Source: Candidatus Latescibacterota bacterium (lineage in GTDB: Bacteria; Latescibacterota; UBA2968). Taken from it: a DNA stretch of 18,293 nucleotides. Made by a program: the position numbers and the translations under genes. The notes beneath the pieces are model-generated. The model ran no database searches. It was not told the DNA's origin and saw nothing but the letters and a program-made list of their open reading frames with translations. How positions within the stretch are numbered: position 1 is the stretch's first letter; the number at the start of each line of letters is the position of its first letter. The stretch lies in contig JAYODI010000100.1 in the NCBI GenBank assembly GCA_038279365.1, positions 1-18,293 of the forward strand, read 5' to 3'. Of this stretch, positions 1 to 8,484 are shown piece after piece.

Positions 1-312
1 ACTTGTATCTGTGCCGTATTGGCGAATCAGCCTTTCTGCCTCTTGATAGTGCGTAGAACCTATCCGAATCACGGCTATTTTTTGGCTTTTGATATCATTG
101 GAGAACTGAGCGCGCACCTGTTGCAATGCTTCATCTGTATCAATTTCGTGCGTCAATCTCTTTTTTGAAAATGTAGCATGAATTTCGACAATTGTCAGCT
201 CTGAGATAAAATGGCGTGCTTGTCCATCAAATAAAAGGTTTACAATCTCACTGCCTAACTCGGTATGATATCGCTTTACAAGTGCGCTGGAGTCATAGAA
301 ATAATTGGGCAC
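1..312 (-). CDS. vapC: PIN-domain (VapC-like) toxin, 3' end runs off the window; absent from the ORF track
   Basis: Manual translation from GTG at 312: MPNYFYDSSALVKRYHTELGSEIVNLLFDGQARHFISELTIVEIHATFSKKRLTHEI..., open to position 1. It shows the PIN N-terminal DSSALVKRY and SELTIVE motifs, and the start abuts the upstream gene's TAA (315-313). Confidence 0.88.
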   Translation of the reverse strand, partial: MPNYFYDSSALVKRYHTELGSEIVNLLFDGQARHFISELTIVEIHATFSKKRLTHEIDTDEALQQVRAQFSNDIKSQKIAVIRIGSTHYQEAERLIRQYGTDTS

Positions 313-621
313 TTAACGCCTGCCCTCTATGATATCATCTGAAAGTGAGCCAGGAATTTTAGACAGAATATTTCTTACATCATCCAATGTGACGTTGTCA
401 TCCGCATCTCTGGTATAATAATCCAGAACAGGTTGTTCCACCAACAAATCCTCGACATCCTCATACGATAATTCAGGAAGATCCGTTTCTGCGCTGGCCT
501 TATTTCCCAAAAGGGTTTGACGAGCTGCATGCTCAAAGAATGCATCAACGTTTTTGTATGCACCCTCTTCAACTTTTTTTTGAACAAGCTTTTCAATTTC
601 GGGGCTGAGTGTAATATTCAA
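313..621 (-). CDS. Antitoxin with ParD/CopG-like ribbon-helix-helix N-terminus (about 102 aa)
   Basis: The likely start is TTG at 621, 6 nt after AGGAGG, rather than 747. MNITLSPEIEKLVQKKVEEGAY resembles RHH antitoxins. The acidic C-terminus ends SLSDDIIEGRR and the gene is coupled to the PIN gene. Confidence 0.75.
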   Translation of the reverse strand: MNITLSPEIEKLVQKKVEEGAYKNVDAFFEHAARQTLLGNKASAETDLPELSYEDVEDLLVEQPVLDYYTRDADDNVTLDDVRNILSKIPGSLSDDIIEGRR

Positions 622-680
622 CTCATACCTCCTATGAAGATGTATTCCCAAACGATACGCCTGGACTCTTTTTGTTCGAC

Positions 681-723
681 TTATGTACGTAACAAATATG
701 AGCAAGATCGAATCAAATTGCAA
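681..723 (-). promoter_or_regulatory. Putative sigma70 promoter and operator of the TA operon
   Basis: On the minus strand, TTGCAA (723-718), a 17-nt spacer and CATATT (700-695) are followed by the near-palindrome TTATGTACGTAA (681-692) around the expected start site. Confidence 0.35.
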
Positions 724-780
724 GACCAGATAAGAATAGAATTTCATGCTTTCAGTTCCCTGCCTACAAGCAGGTGCTTA

Positions 781-823
781 AAAAGAACAACGGCTTACGT
801 TTTTCACGTAAGCCGTTGTTTTT
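781..823. terminator. Intrinsic terminator downstream of tRNA-Pro (probably bidirectional)
   Basis: Perfect 15-bp inverted repeat AACAACGGCTTACGT-TTTTC-ACGTAAGCCGTTGTT (786-820) flanked by A and T runs. Confidence 0.8.
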
Positions 824-828
824 ATTTA

Positions 829-905
829 TGGTCGGGGCGAGAGGATTCGAACCTCCGGCCCCCTGCTCCCAAAGCAGGTGCTCTACCGGACTGAGCCACG
901 CCCCG
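829..905 (-). tRNA. tRNA-Pro (anticodon UGG), CCA encoded
   Basis: Reverse complement CGGGGCGTGGCTCAGTCCGGTAGAGCACCTGCTTTGGGAGCAGGGGGCCGGAGGTTCGAATCCTCTCGCCCCGACCA (77 nt): acceptor stem CGGGGCG/CGCCCCG, anticodon loop TTTGGGA, T-loop GTTCGAATC. Confidence 0.98.
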
Positions 906-965
906 ACATTAAATCTTTATAAATCAATACATTAAGCAATACACATTCATAAACCAACTGGCATA

Positions 966-993
966 AAGATACAAGAATACGGCAGTTAGGCAA
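966..993 (-). promoter_or_regulatory. Putative sigma70 promoter of tRNA-Pro
   Basis: TTGCCT (993-988), a 16-nt spacer and TATCTT (971-966) on the minus strand, about 60 nt upstream of the tRNA. Confidence 0.3.
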
Positions 994-1054
994 GAAAAAT
1001 GTCACTTCAGCCGTCTTACCAAGTTGGCTTTTTGGTGCGTGATCAAAACAAACA

Positions 1055-1852
1055 TCAACCAAACTGTGGCAGATTGTTGCGTGGGTTTTCGGGTGGACCA
1101 AATGCTTGATAGGCCAAATTGAAATAACACTTCTGCTCGTCGGTCATTTGTGCAAACGCCTTGGCACTGGGGCGGCGCGGTTCTTGGGCATGGTAGATCG
1201 CAGCCCGATCATTAAACTTGTAGAACAACCCGTAACGTGGCGTATCATTTTGCCACGATGCAGCACCGTGTGCCAGCGTCTCGGTAAAGATAATGGCAGC
1301 TCCCTTGGGCGCGGCAACCTTGCGCACAAGCGGCCCATCTAATGCAAAGAGTTCTTTACGGTCTTCGCTTGGCACAGAGAAATCCGACTTGTGTGATCCT
1401 GGAATACAGGCAAACCCGCCATCTGCTTCACTGATATCTTGAAGCGCAATAGAAACAACCGTAAGACCCGTATAAATTTGACCGTTGTGAACGGCATACC
1501 GAAAGTTCACACGCCCACCCCGATGCCCACCGTGCATTTCAAATGGCGGGCACCCCTTGTGGCGCACAAAGCTATAACAACTCTCACAACGCAGTGCCGG
1601 TCCAATGATCTCCGTCAACACAGCGGTAATATCTGGTTGATTGATTAAGTTGATAAAAGGTTGACCCGCTTCATAAAGCCCAGCAACATTCTCCCAGGTG
1701 CCGTTTGCATCATAGCCATCGGGTGTCTTTGCCATGGGTTTGGCAAGCGATTTGATCTTGGCAATCGCTTCATCACACTCTGCGTGGCTCAAAACATTCT
1801 CTACGAGCAAATAGCCCTGAAGATCAAAAAGGTATTTCTGACGCTCTGTCAT
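1055..1852 (-). CDS. Phytanoyl-CoA dioxygenase (PhyH) family Fe(II)/2-oxoglutarate enzyme
   Basis: FDLQGYLLVENVLS N-terminus, DGGFACIPGSHK, and KGAAIIFTETLAHG...R jelly-roll motifs. Confidence 0.88.
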   Translation of the reverse strand: MTERQKYLFDLQGYLLVENVLSHAECDEAIAKIKSLAKPMAKTPDGYDANGTWENVAGLYEAGQPFINLINQPDITAVLTEIIGPALRCESCYSFVRHKGCPPFEMHGGHRGGRVNFRYAVHNGQIYTGLTVVSIALQDISEADGGFACIPGSHKSDFSVPSEDRKELFALDGPLVRKVAAPKGAAIIFTETLAHGAASWQNDTPRYGLFYKFNDRAAIYHAQEPRRPSAKAFAQMTDEQKCYFNLAYQAFGPPENPRNNLPQFG

Positions 1853-1982
1853 ATTTATTTTCCATTTTTAGAGATACACAATTTGTTATTGCAAATACGG
1901 AATCAATCGCACAGCATGTATTGCTTGTCATCTATTCTGTTGTTTATTGCTTCATTCCAATAGCCCCATATCGTCCAACCCA

Positions 1983-2606
1983 TCATTCCACCTGTTTTGT
2001 CGCAATGAAATCATCAATGGTCAAACACGCATCCAAATCTTTCAAAATCCCATTTTCAATGCTATATACCCAGCCATGAATAGACAAGTTCACGCCGTTT
2101 CGCCAAGCATTTTGTACAATGGTTGTGTTCGCAACATTTGTCACTTGCTCAATCACATTGAGTTCACACAGCAAATCAAGCTTCTCTTCGTGTTTTAAAC
2201 CTTCCAATCGATCTGCATTAAAACGACCCACATCTTGCACATGGCGCAACCAATTGTCAATTAAACCGTGCACACGGTTTTCCAAGGCCGCCTGAATGCC
2301 ACCACACCCATAATGCCCACAAACAATAATATGCTTCACCTTGAGTATTTCAACTGCAAACTGAATCACAGACAAACAATTGAGATCGGTATGCACCACC
2401 ACATTGGCAATGTTGCGATGCACAAAAACTTCGCCAGGAGGCAAATCGACAATCTGATTGGCAGGAACACGACTGTCCGAACAACCGATCCAAAGAATCT
2501 CAGGCAATTGTTGTTTAGACAACCCTAAAAAAAACTCAGGATCTTTTTCTTTAATGGCATTTGCCCAAGCCTGATTTCTTTCAAACAGATAACGCAAGGT
2601 TTTCAA
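1983..2606 (-). CDS. can: Beta-class carbonic anhydrase
   Basis: Zn-binding motifs WIGCSDSRVP and CGHYGCGG, plus GEVFVHRNIAN and HGWVY. TTG start preceded by GGAGAGG. Confidence 0.95.
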   Translation of the reverse strand: MKTLRYLFERNQAWANAIKEKDPEFFLGLSKQQLPEILWIGCSDSRVPANQIVDLPPGEVFVHRNIANVVVHTDLNCLSVIQFAVEILKVKHIIVCGHYGCGGIQAALENRVHGLIDNWLRHVQDVGRFNADRLEGLKHEEKLDLLCELNVIEQVTNVANTTIVQNAWRNGVNLSIHGWVYSIENGILKDLDACLTIDDFIATKQVE

Positions 2607-2876
2607 AGCTCTGCAGACCTCTCCAATTTATACGGCGTTAAGAAAATTTTAAACGCGTCATTGCCACCCAAAACCAGCCCCTGTCACCAGATTGCCAAAT
2701 CGTTTTTTCAATGACAAAACATAATATATCTATTTCTACAAACATTTGAAAAACCATTTTTGCCCCATCTCCCAGTAACCCTTCCCCAAAAGGGTGTTAA
2801 ATGGGGTATATATAGTAAAGACACTGGATGACAAAGCACCTATTTCATTCAAAACCCGCTTCAAGGAGCGTGCCAA

Positions 2877-4610
2877 ATGGCCAAACGGTTAAAAAGCAAA
2901 ACCCAACAAAAGCAAGACCGCCGCATGAAATGGTGGCGAGAGGCCCGATTTGGTTTGTTCATTCACTGGGGGCTATATGCCATTCCTGCAGGCATTTGGA
3001 AAGGCAAAGAAATTCCTGGCATTGGCGAATGGATCCAAAAACGCGCCCACATTCCCGTTGTCGAATATGAAAAATTGGCCAAACAATTTAACCCCACCCA
3101 ATTCAACGCCCAAGAATGGGTGCAAGTGGCCAAAGACGCAGGCATGAAATACCTCACCATCACATCCAAACACCACGATGGATTTGCCCTCTTTAAATCA
3201 CACGCCAGCCCCTACAACATCGTAGATGCCACACCCTATGGCAAAGACATCATTGCCGACCTGGCAAAAGCCTGTCAAGAAGCCGGCATCAAACTTTGCT
3301 TCTACTACTCACAAAAACAAGACTGGCACCATCCACACGGCTCGGGCAACACCCTCGATTTTGACCCTACCAAACAAAACTTTAACCAATACATGCGAGA
3401 AAAAGGCCTGCCCCAAGTCAAAGAAATTCTTACACAATATGGCCCCATTGGCATGATTTGGTATGACACCCCACAAGACATCACACCGGCACAAACCCAA
3501 AAATTTGTTCTTGAAGTCTACAAACACCAACCCAACTGCTTGGTCAATGGCCGAGCAGGGCACGGTCTGGGCGACTATCAATCGATGGGTGACAACCTCA
3601 TACCACCGGCGCGTGTTGACGGCGATTGGGAAACCCCTGCCACGCTCAACGACACATGGGGTTTTAAGAAAAACGATCACAACTTGAAACCTGTAGACGG
3701 CCTCATCAAACGTTTGGTCGATATTGTCAGCAAAGGTGGCAACTACCTCCTCAACGTGGGCCCAACTGCCGAAGGGCGCATTCCCAAACAGAGCATCACA
3801 CGCCTCAAAAAAGTAGGCGACTGGCTCAAAATCAATGGCGATGCCATTTACGGTGCTTCGGCAAGCCCACATCCTTACGAATTCTCTTGGGGTGCCATCA
3901 CCACCAAAGGGCGCAAACTTTACCTCAACATTTGGAATTGGCCCCAAGGCGACTTTACCCTCTATGGCCTTAAAAACAAAGTACGCAAAGCCTATTTGCT
4001 GGCCGATCCAAACCGTACGTCACTGGAGAAAGAGCAAACACACATCGCTCAAATGGACTTAGATGTGCTCACCCTTAAGCTTCCCAAAAAGAGACCCGAC
4101 AAAATCGTCTCTGTTGTTGTGCTCGAAATCACGGGTGAGCCTGCAATGGACAAAACCCTATTACAAAATGCCGATGGTCGAATCCTACTTGAAGCGCACA
4201 ATGGCCAAATAAAATCGCCCAAAACAGGGTCACAACTCATACGAGGCCGTTTTGGCACGATTGAAAACTGGTTCGCCACAAACCACCGTGTAACCTGGAC
4301 CGTCAAAGTCGCCACCCCCGGAAACTACCAGGTCAACATCCTCACACAAACCGACCGCAACGGCCAATGGGAAGGCGGTCATCAGACCAAACTCACCCTG
4401 GGGCAAACGTCGATCACAGCAACACTCAAAGAACAAGAACGCCGTGACAACCCAAAAGCCAATTCAGACCTGCGCGATGTGGTTTCATCATTGGGGCAAA
4501 TCACCATCAACAAACCCGGCACGCATGATATCACCTTGCGTATGGAAAAAATAATGAAGAAAAATGGCCTGGGCCCCAAATTGCGTGCCATACAATGCAT
4601 ACCGGTCTAA
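2877..4610 (+). CDS. Alpha-L-fucosidase (GH29) with an extra C-terminal beta-sandwich/CBM-like domain
   Basis: WWREARFGLFIHWGLY, AKDAGMKY..TSKHHDGF, WYD (nucleophile) and SKGGNYLLNVGP motifs. RBS AAGGAG upstream; no signal peptide evident. Confidence 0.93.
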   Translation: MAKRLKSKTQQKQDRRMKWWREARFGLFIHWGLYAIPAGIWKGKEIPGIGEWIQKRAHIPVVEYEKLAKQFNPTQFNAQEWVQVAKDAGMKYLTITSKHHDGFALFKSHASPYNIVDATPYGKDIIADLAKACQEAGIKLCFYYSQKQDWHHPHGSGNTLDFDPTKQNFNQYMREKGLPQVKEILTQYGPIGMIWYDTPQDITPAQTQKFVLEVYKHQPNCLVNGRAGHGLGDYQSMGDNLIPPARVDGDWETPATLNDTWGFKKNDHNLKPVDGLIKRLVDIVSKGGNYLLNVGPTAEGRIPKQSITRLKKVGDWLKINGDAIYGASASPHPYEFSWGAITTKGRKLYLNIWNWPQGDFTLYGLKNKVRKAYLLADPNRTSLEKEQTHIAQMDLDVLTLKLPKKRPDKIVSVVVLEITGEPAMDKTLLQNADGRILLEAHNGQIKSPKTGSQLIRGRFGTIENWFATNHRVTWTVKVATPGNYQVNILTQTDRNGQWEGGHQTKLTLGQTSITATLKEQERRDNPKANSDLRDVVSSLGQITINKPGTHDITLRMEKIMKKNGLGPKLRAIQCIPV

Positions 4611-4667
4611 ATCAACATACCACGTGACACCATGCAACAAAAACGCCCTCAACCAAGAGAAAAAACC

Positions 4668-5726
4668 ATGACCGCTCAAGAAAGAGTCACAACTGTCCTC
4701 AATGGGGGCATACCTGACCGCGTCCCCTATCAAGATGCCTTTTGGGCCACCACCATTGAACGATGGCGCACCGAAGGGCTTCCGCAAAACACATCACCAG
4801 ATGATTATTTTGGTTGTGAAATTGCCCATATCGGTGGTGACTACTCTCTCCAACTGCCCATTGAAACCTTAGAAAAAACGGATCACCACCACATCTATCG
4901 CGATGAAAACGGCGCGACCCGCAAAGACCTCAACACCGCCGATGGCTGGACGCCAGGCTGGCTCACATTTGCCATCAACAACCGCGACGACTGGCATCGC
5001 TTCAAAAAAAATGCACAATACCATCCCTCACGCATTCCCCAACACATCCAAAGCGCCTATCAAAAAGCACGCGACAAAGGCCAATTTGTCACCTTTGCCG
5101 CCCATGCATGTTTTCACCCCACGTGGCAAAAGATCGGCATGGAAAACATGCTGATGTTGCTCATTGAAGACCCCGATTTCATTACGGACATCTATGCCAC
5201 ACATGCCCAACTCATCATCGACCTCTACAACAACATCAAAGCCCTTGGCATTGCCTTCGACGGTGCTCGGCTGGCCGATGATTTGGGATATCGCAATGCC
5301 CCACTCATTTCACCCACCATGTATCGCGACCTTGTTTTGCCACACCACAAACGCCTGTGTGATCATTTTGCACAAGATGGCCTGAAAACCATCCTGCATT
5401 CAGACGGCGACGTGCGCCCTCTCATTCCCCATTTTCTCGATGCCGGATTTTCTGCCCTTCATCCTCTCGAAGTCAAAGCCAATCTCAATGTGCAAGATCT
5501 TAAACTCCGCTACGGGAATCGACTCGTCTTATTTGGCAATATTGATGCCCGTGCACTGGCCGGATCATATGAAGACATTGAAAATGAAATTTGCAACAAA
5601 GTAAACATCGGAAAAGAAAATGGCGGTTACATCTTTCACACCGATCATTCCGTGCCCAACGATGTTTCTTTTCACAATTATCAATTTGCTTGTAAAATGC
5701 TTCAAAAATATGGTCAATATGCCTGA
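4668..5726 (+). CDS. Uroporphyrinogen decarboxylase (URO-D)/MtaA-CmuA-like family protein
   Basis: Likely start at 4668 (MTAQERV...PDRVP). Motifs ADDLG..PLISP, LHSDGD, LFGNID and GGYIFHTDHSVP. Confidence 0.85.
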   Translation: MTAQERVTTVLNGGIPDRVPYQDAFWATTIERWRTEGLPQNTSPDDYFGCEIAHIGGDYSLQLPIETLEKTDHHHIYRDENGATRKDLNTADGWTPGWLTFAINNRDDWHRFKKNAQYHPSRIPQHIQSAYQKARDKGQFVTFAAHACFHPTWQKIGMENMLMLLIEDPDFITDIYATHAQLIIDLYNNIKALGIAFDGARLADDLGYRNAPLISPTMYRDLVLPHHKRLCDHFAQDGLKTILHSDGDVRPLIPHFLDAGFSALHPLEVKANLNVQDLKLRYGNRLVLFGNIDARALAGSYEDIENEICNKVNIGKENGGYIFHTDHSVPNDVSFHNYQFACKMLQKYGQYA

Positions 5727-5750
5727 TTTCATTTTGACATCATATCCCAC

Positions 5751-5779
5751 TTGACGAGACACAATAAATATGATACTTT
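5751..5779 (+). promoter_or_regulatory. Putative sigma70 promoter for the small membrane protein
   Basis: TTGACG (5751-5756), a 17-nt spacer and TACTTT (5774-5779) with an extended -10 TG at 5771-5772. Confidence 0.4.
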
Positions 5780-5818
5780 TGCCATGTCACTCATACCCCC
5801 ACAACTGAGGAGATCCCC

Positions 5819-6052
5819 ATGACGCCACAGTTGCTCATATTTCTTGGCGCTGTTATTTATTTAAGCTGGGCACTTGTTCGCTATCTCAAAAGCCGCAACA
5901 ACCCCAATGATCGACCCTTTATTGAAGTGCTTGATGATATTGCAGAACCCAAAGCACCCCCTCCAAAACAAAAAGCAAATAAAAAAGAATTGGACGGTGA
6001 CAGCGAATGGCGCAAGCGTGTGCAAGCTGAAATTGAAGACTTAACCAAATAA
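5819..6052 (+). CDS. Small single-pass membrane protein (77 aa), unknown function
   Basis: GAGGAG RBS, an N-terminal hydrophobic helix (LLIFLGAVIYLSWALV), a charged tail, and its own downstream terminator. Confidence 0.75.
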   Translation: MTPQLLIFLGAVIYLSWALVRYLKSRNNPNDRPFIEVLDDIAEPKAPPPKQKANKKELDGDSEWRKRVQAEIEDLTK

Positions 6053-6075
6053 ATACCGCTCATAAGTTTTTCTTT

Positions 6076-6112
6076 AAAAACCCTGTACCCATAAACGTAC
6101 AGGGTTTTTTTT
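6076..6112 (+). terminator. Intrinsic terminator
   Basis: AAAAACCCTGTAC-CCATAAAC-GTACAGGG-TTTTTTTT. Confidence 0.85.
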
Positions 6113-6231
6113 GCCCTCCAAATTCTGCTTGCCCTCCCATCTTCCCCATCGTACGTTATCCCATCAATCGCACAGGGCATCCTCAACACCCTGATGACCC
6201 ACATCACATCTTTCCGACTTTAGGTATTTCC

Positions 6232-7359
6232 ATGGCAAAACACCTCATCATAGACGGCCACCTCGACATGGCCTTTAATGGCCTCTTTTATCGGCGTGAC
6301 CTCACCCAATCGGTTTATGAACTGCGCAACCGAGAAGACAGCATACGCGGCGGTATTTCGGCACATCCCGATTCGCTCGAACGCCGCATGGGCCCGCGTC
6401 CCAAACACTTTACACCCACTGTTGCCTTGCCTGAAATGCGCAAAGGCAAAGTGGGTATTATGCTTTCTACCATTATGGCACGCGTGCAAAACCCCGCCGC
6501 CAACACCCACAATGCCGTGCGCACACAAGCCAATGCCTATGCCCGTGGACAATCGCACTTGGCCTATTATCGTGCGCTTGAGCGCAAAGGTGAAATCACG
6601 TTCATCAAATCCACAGCCGATTTGGATGCCTGTATTCAAGCGTGGGAAAACCCCACCGATGAAACACCCATTGGTCTGATCCTCACCATGGAAAGCGCCG
6701 ACCCCATTTTGGGCCCAGACCAAGTATCCGAATGGTATGAAGCGGGTTTGCGTTCGGTGTCTCTCACCCACTTTGGGGCCAATTCTTATGGCCATGGCAC
6801 AGGCACCGTGGGCGGGCTTTATCCTCCGGCATATCCATTAATGGACGCCTTGGCAAAAACCAATATCGCCATAGACCTCACCCACGCGGCAGATCTTGCC
6901 TTTTGGCATATTATGGACTATTGGAAAGGCCCCGTTCACGCCAGCCATTGCAACTGTCGTGCACTGGTGCCCGGACAACGCCATCTCACCGACGACATGA
7001 TCAAAGCCATCACCAATCGTGGCGGCGTGATCGGCACCGTCTTTGCCGAACAAATGCTCAACCCCGCCTGGAACTGGGATGACCCAAGCACACATTATGC
7101 AACCGCCACACGCCCCATGAAAGCCGCCATAGAACACATCGATCACATTTGCAACCTCACGGGCAACACCGATCACATTGCCTTTGGCACCGACCTCGAC
7201 GGCGGGTTTGGGCTGGAACTTTCACCCACAGATTACAACACCATCGACGACCTACAGCGTTTTCTCGACCTCATGGCCAAACACGGCTTTAGCGACGAAG
7301 ACGTAGCCAAATTTGCAAGTGGCAACCTCATTCGATTCTTCAAAAATATCTGGAGCTAA
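6232..7359 (+). CDS. Membrane dipeptidase family (peptidase M19, amidohydrolase fold), paralog 1
   Basis: IDGHLD, MESAD, IDLTH, ASHCNCRAL and FGTDLDGG motifs. Confidence 0.9.
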   Translation: MAKHLIIDGHLDMAFNGLFYRRDLTQSVYELRNREDSIRGGISAHPDSLERRMGPRPKHFTPTVALPEMRKGKVGIMLSTIMARVQNPAANTHNAVRTQANAYARGQSHLAYYRALERKGEITFIKSTADLDACIQAWENPTDETPIGLILTMESADPILGPDQVSEWYEAGLRSVSLTHFGANSYGHGTGTVGGLYPPAYPLMDALAKTNIAIDLTHAADLAFWHIMDYWKGPVHASHCNCRALVPGQRHLTDDMIKAITNRGGVIGTVFAEQMLNPAWNWDDPSTHYATATRPMKAAIEHIDHICNLTGNTDHIAFGTDLDGGFGLELSPTDYNTIDDLQRFLDLMAKHGFSDEDVAKFASGNLIRFFKNIWS

Positions 7360-7365
7360 TTCATC

Positions 7366-8448
7366 ATGTCCAATCATCCATACCTTATTCTCGACAGCCA
7401 CCTCGACCTTGGTTTTGGGGCCATTCAGATCAACCGCGACCTCACCCAACCGGCAAAAACCGTGCGTGTTGCCGACGCCGAATCTACCATGCGCAGTTTT
7501 GGCTCTTGTACCACCACCTTTCCCGAACTGCACAAAGGTCACATCGGCATCGTCTTTGGCACCGTGATGTCGCGCATTGACCCCAATGACCAATGGACCG
7601 GCACGGGCATGTATGACCAAACCCAATGCCACGGCATTGGCATGGGGCATTACAGTGTTTACAAAGCCTTAGAACGCGATGGCATCATCACCCAAATTCA
7701 CAACAGTGCCGATCTCGATGCCAGCATCGCCGCATGGCAAAACCCACAAGCCGACACGCCCATTGGCCTTGTGTTGGCCATGGAAAGCGCCGACCCGATT
7801 ATGGACCCCGAACAGGTGCCCTATTGGTATGACCTTGGCCTGCGCATCGTCAGCATTTCGCACTATGGCACCAGTTCATATTGCCATGGCACGGGCACAG
7901 AAGGCGGCTTACTCGACAGAGGTCGCCCCCTTTTAGATGCGCTTAAAGAAGCGGGCATCATCGTCGACTTAACCCACACCACCGACCAAGCTTTCTGGGA
8001 AATTTTGGATCACTACGATGGCCCAGTGGCGGCGAGCCACCACAATTGTCGGGCACTTGTGCCAGGCCAACGTCAACTGACCGATGAGATGATCAAAGCC
8101 ATTGTGGAACGGGGTGGGGTGATTGGTGCGGCTTTTGATGCGTGGATGCTCGATCCAGAGTGGAAACGCGAAACACCTGCGTGGGGGCAAACCACACAGG
8201 CCACTATTGAAACGGTGTGTGATCACATAGACCACATTTCTCAGCTGGTGGGCAATGCAAACCATTCGGGTATTGGCAGTGATTTGGATGGTGGATTTGG
8301 GCAGGAGCAATCGCCACGGGATTTGAATACGATTGCAGATCTTCAGCGGATGCCTGAGATATTGGATCGGCGGGGATATTCGGATGGGGATATTGCAAAT
8401 TTGATGTCGGGGAATTGGATTAGGTTGTTGAAAGAGGTTTGGGGATGA
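7366..8448 (+). CDS. Membrane dipeptidase family (peptidase M19), paralog 2
   Basis: LDSHLD, MESAD, VDLTH, ASHHNCRAL and IGSDLDGG motifs. Colinear with paralog 1 and starts 6 nt after it. Confidence 0.9.
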   Translation: MSNHPYLILDSHLDLGFGAIQINRDLTQPAKTVRVADAESTMRSFGSCTTTFPELHKGHIGIVFGTVMSRIDPNDQWTGTGMYDQTQCHGIGMGHYSVYKALERDGIITQIHNSADLDASIAAWQNPQADTPIGLVLAMESADPIMDPEQVPYWYDLGLRIVSISHYGTSSYCHGTGTEGGLLDRGRPLLDALKEAGIIVDLTHTTDQAFWEILDHYDGPVAASHHNCRALVPGQRQLTDEMIKAIVERGGVIGAAFDAWMLDPEWKRETPAWGQTTQATIETVCDHIDHISQLVGNANHSGIGSDLDGGFGQEQSPRDLNTIADLQRMPEILDRRGYSDGDIANLMSGNWIRLLKEVWG

Positions 8449-8484
8449 TCTTACATGCATCTAAAATACTTGTTTTATCTTTGT

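Noticed and set aside
622-747. N-terminal extension of the antitoxin as given in the ORF track (144 aa)
   Set aside because: A strong RBS precedes TTG 621, where RHH similarity begins, and the extension overlaps the predicted promoter.
759-774. Short palindrome CCTGC-CTACAA-GCAGG
   Set aside because: A 5-bp stem seen once is too weak to call.
517-1101. ORFs 517..894 (+) and 883..1101 (-)
   Set aside because: They overlap the tRNA, terminator and antitoxin and are shadow ORFs.
4668-5726. Calling the URO-D-like gene hemE
   Set aside because: It lacks the HemE N-terminal RQAGR motif and has no heme-pathway context.
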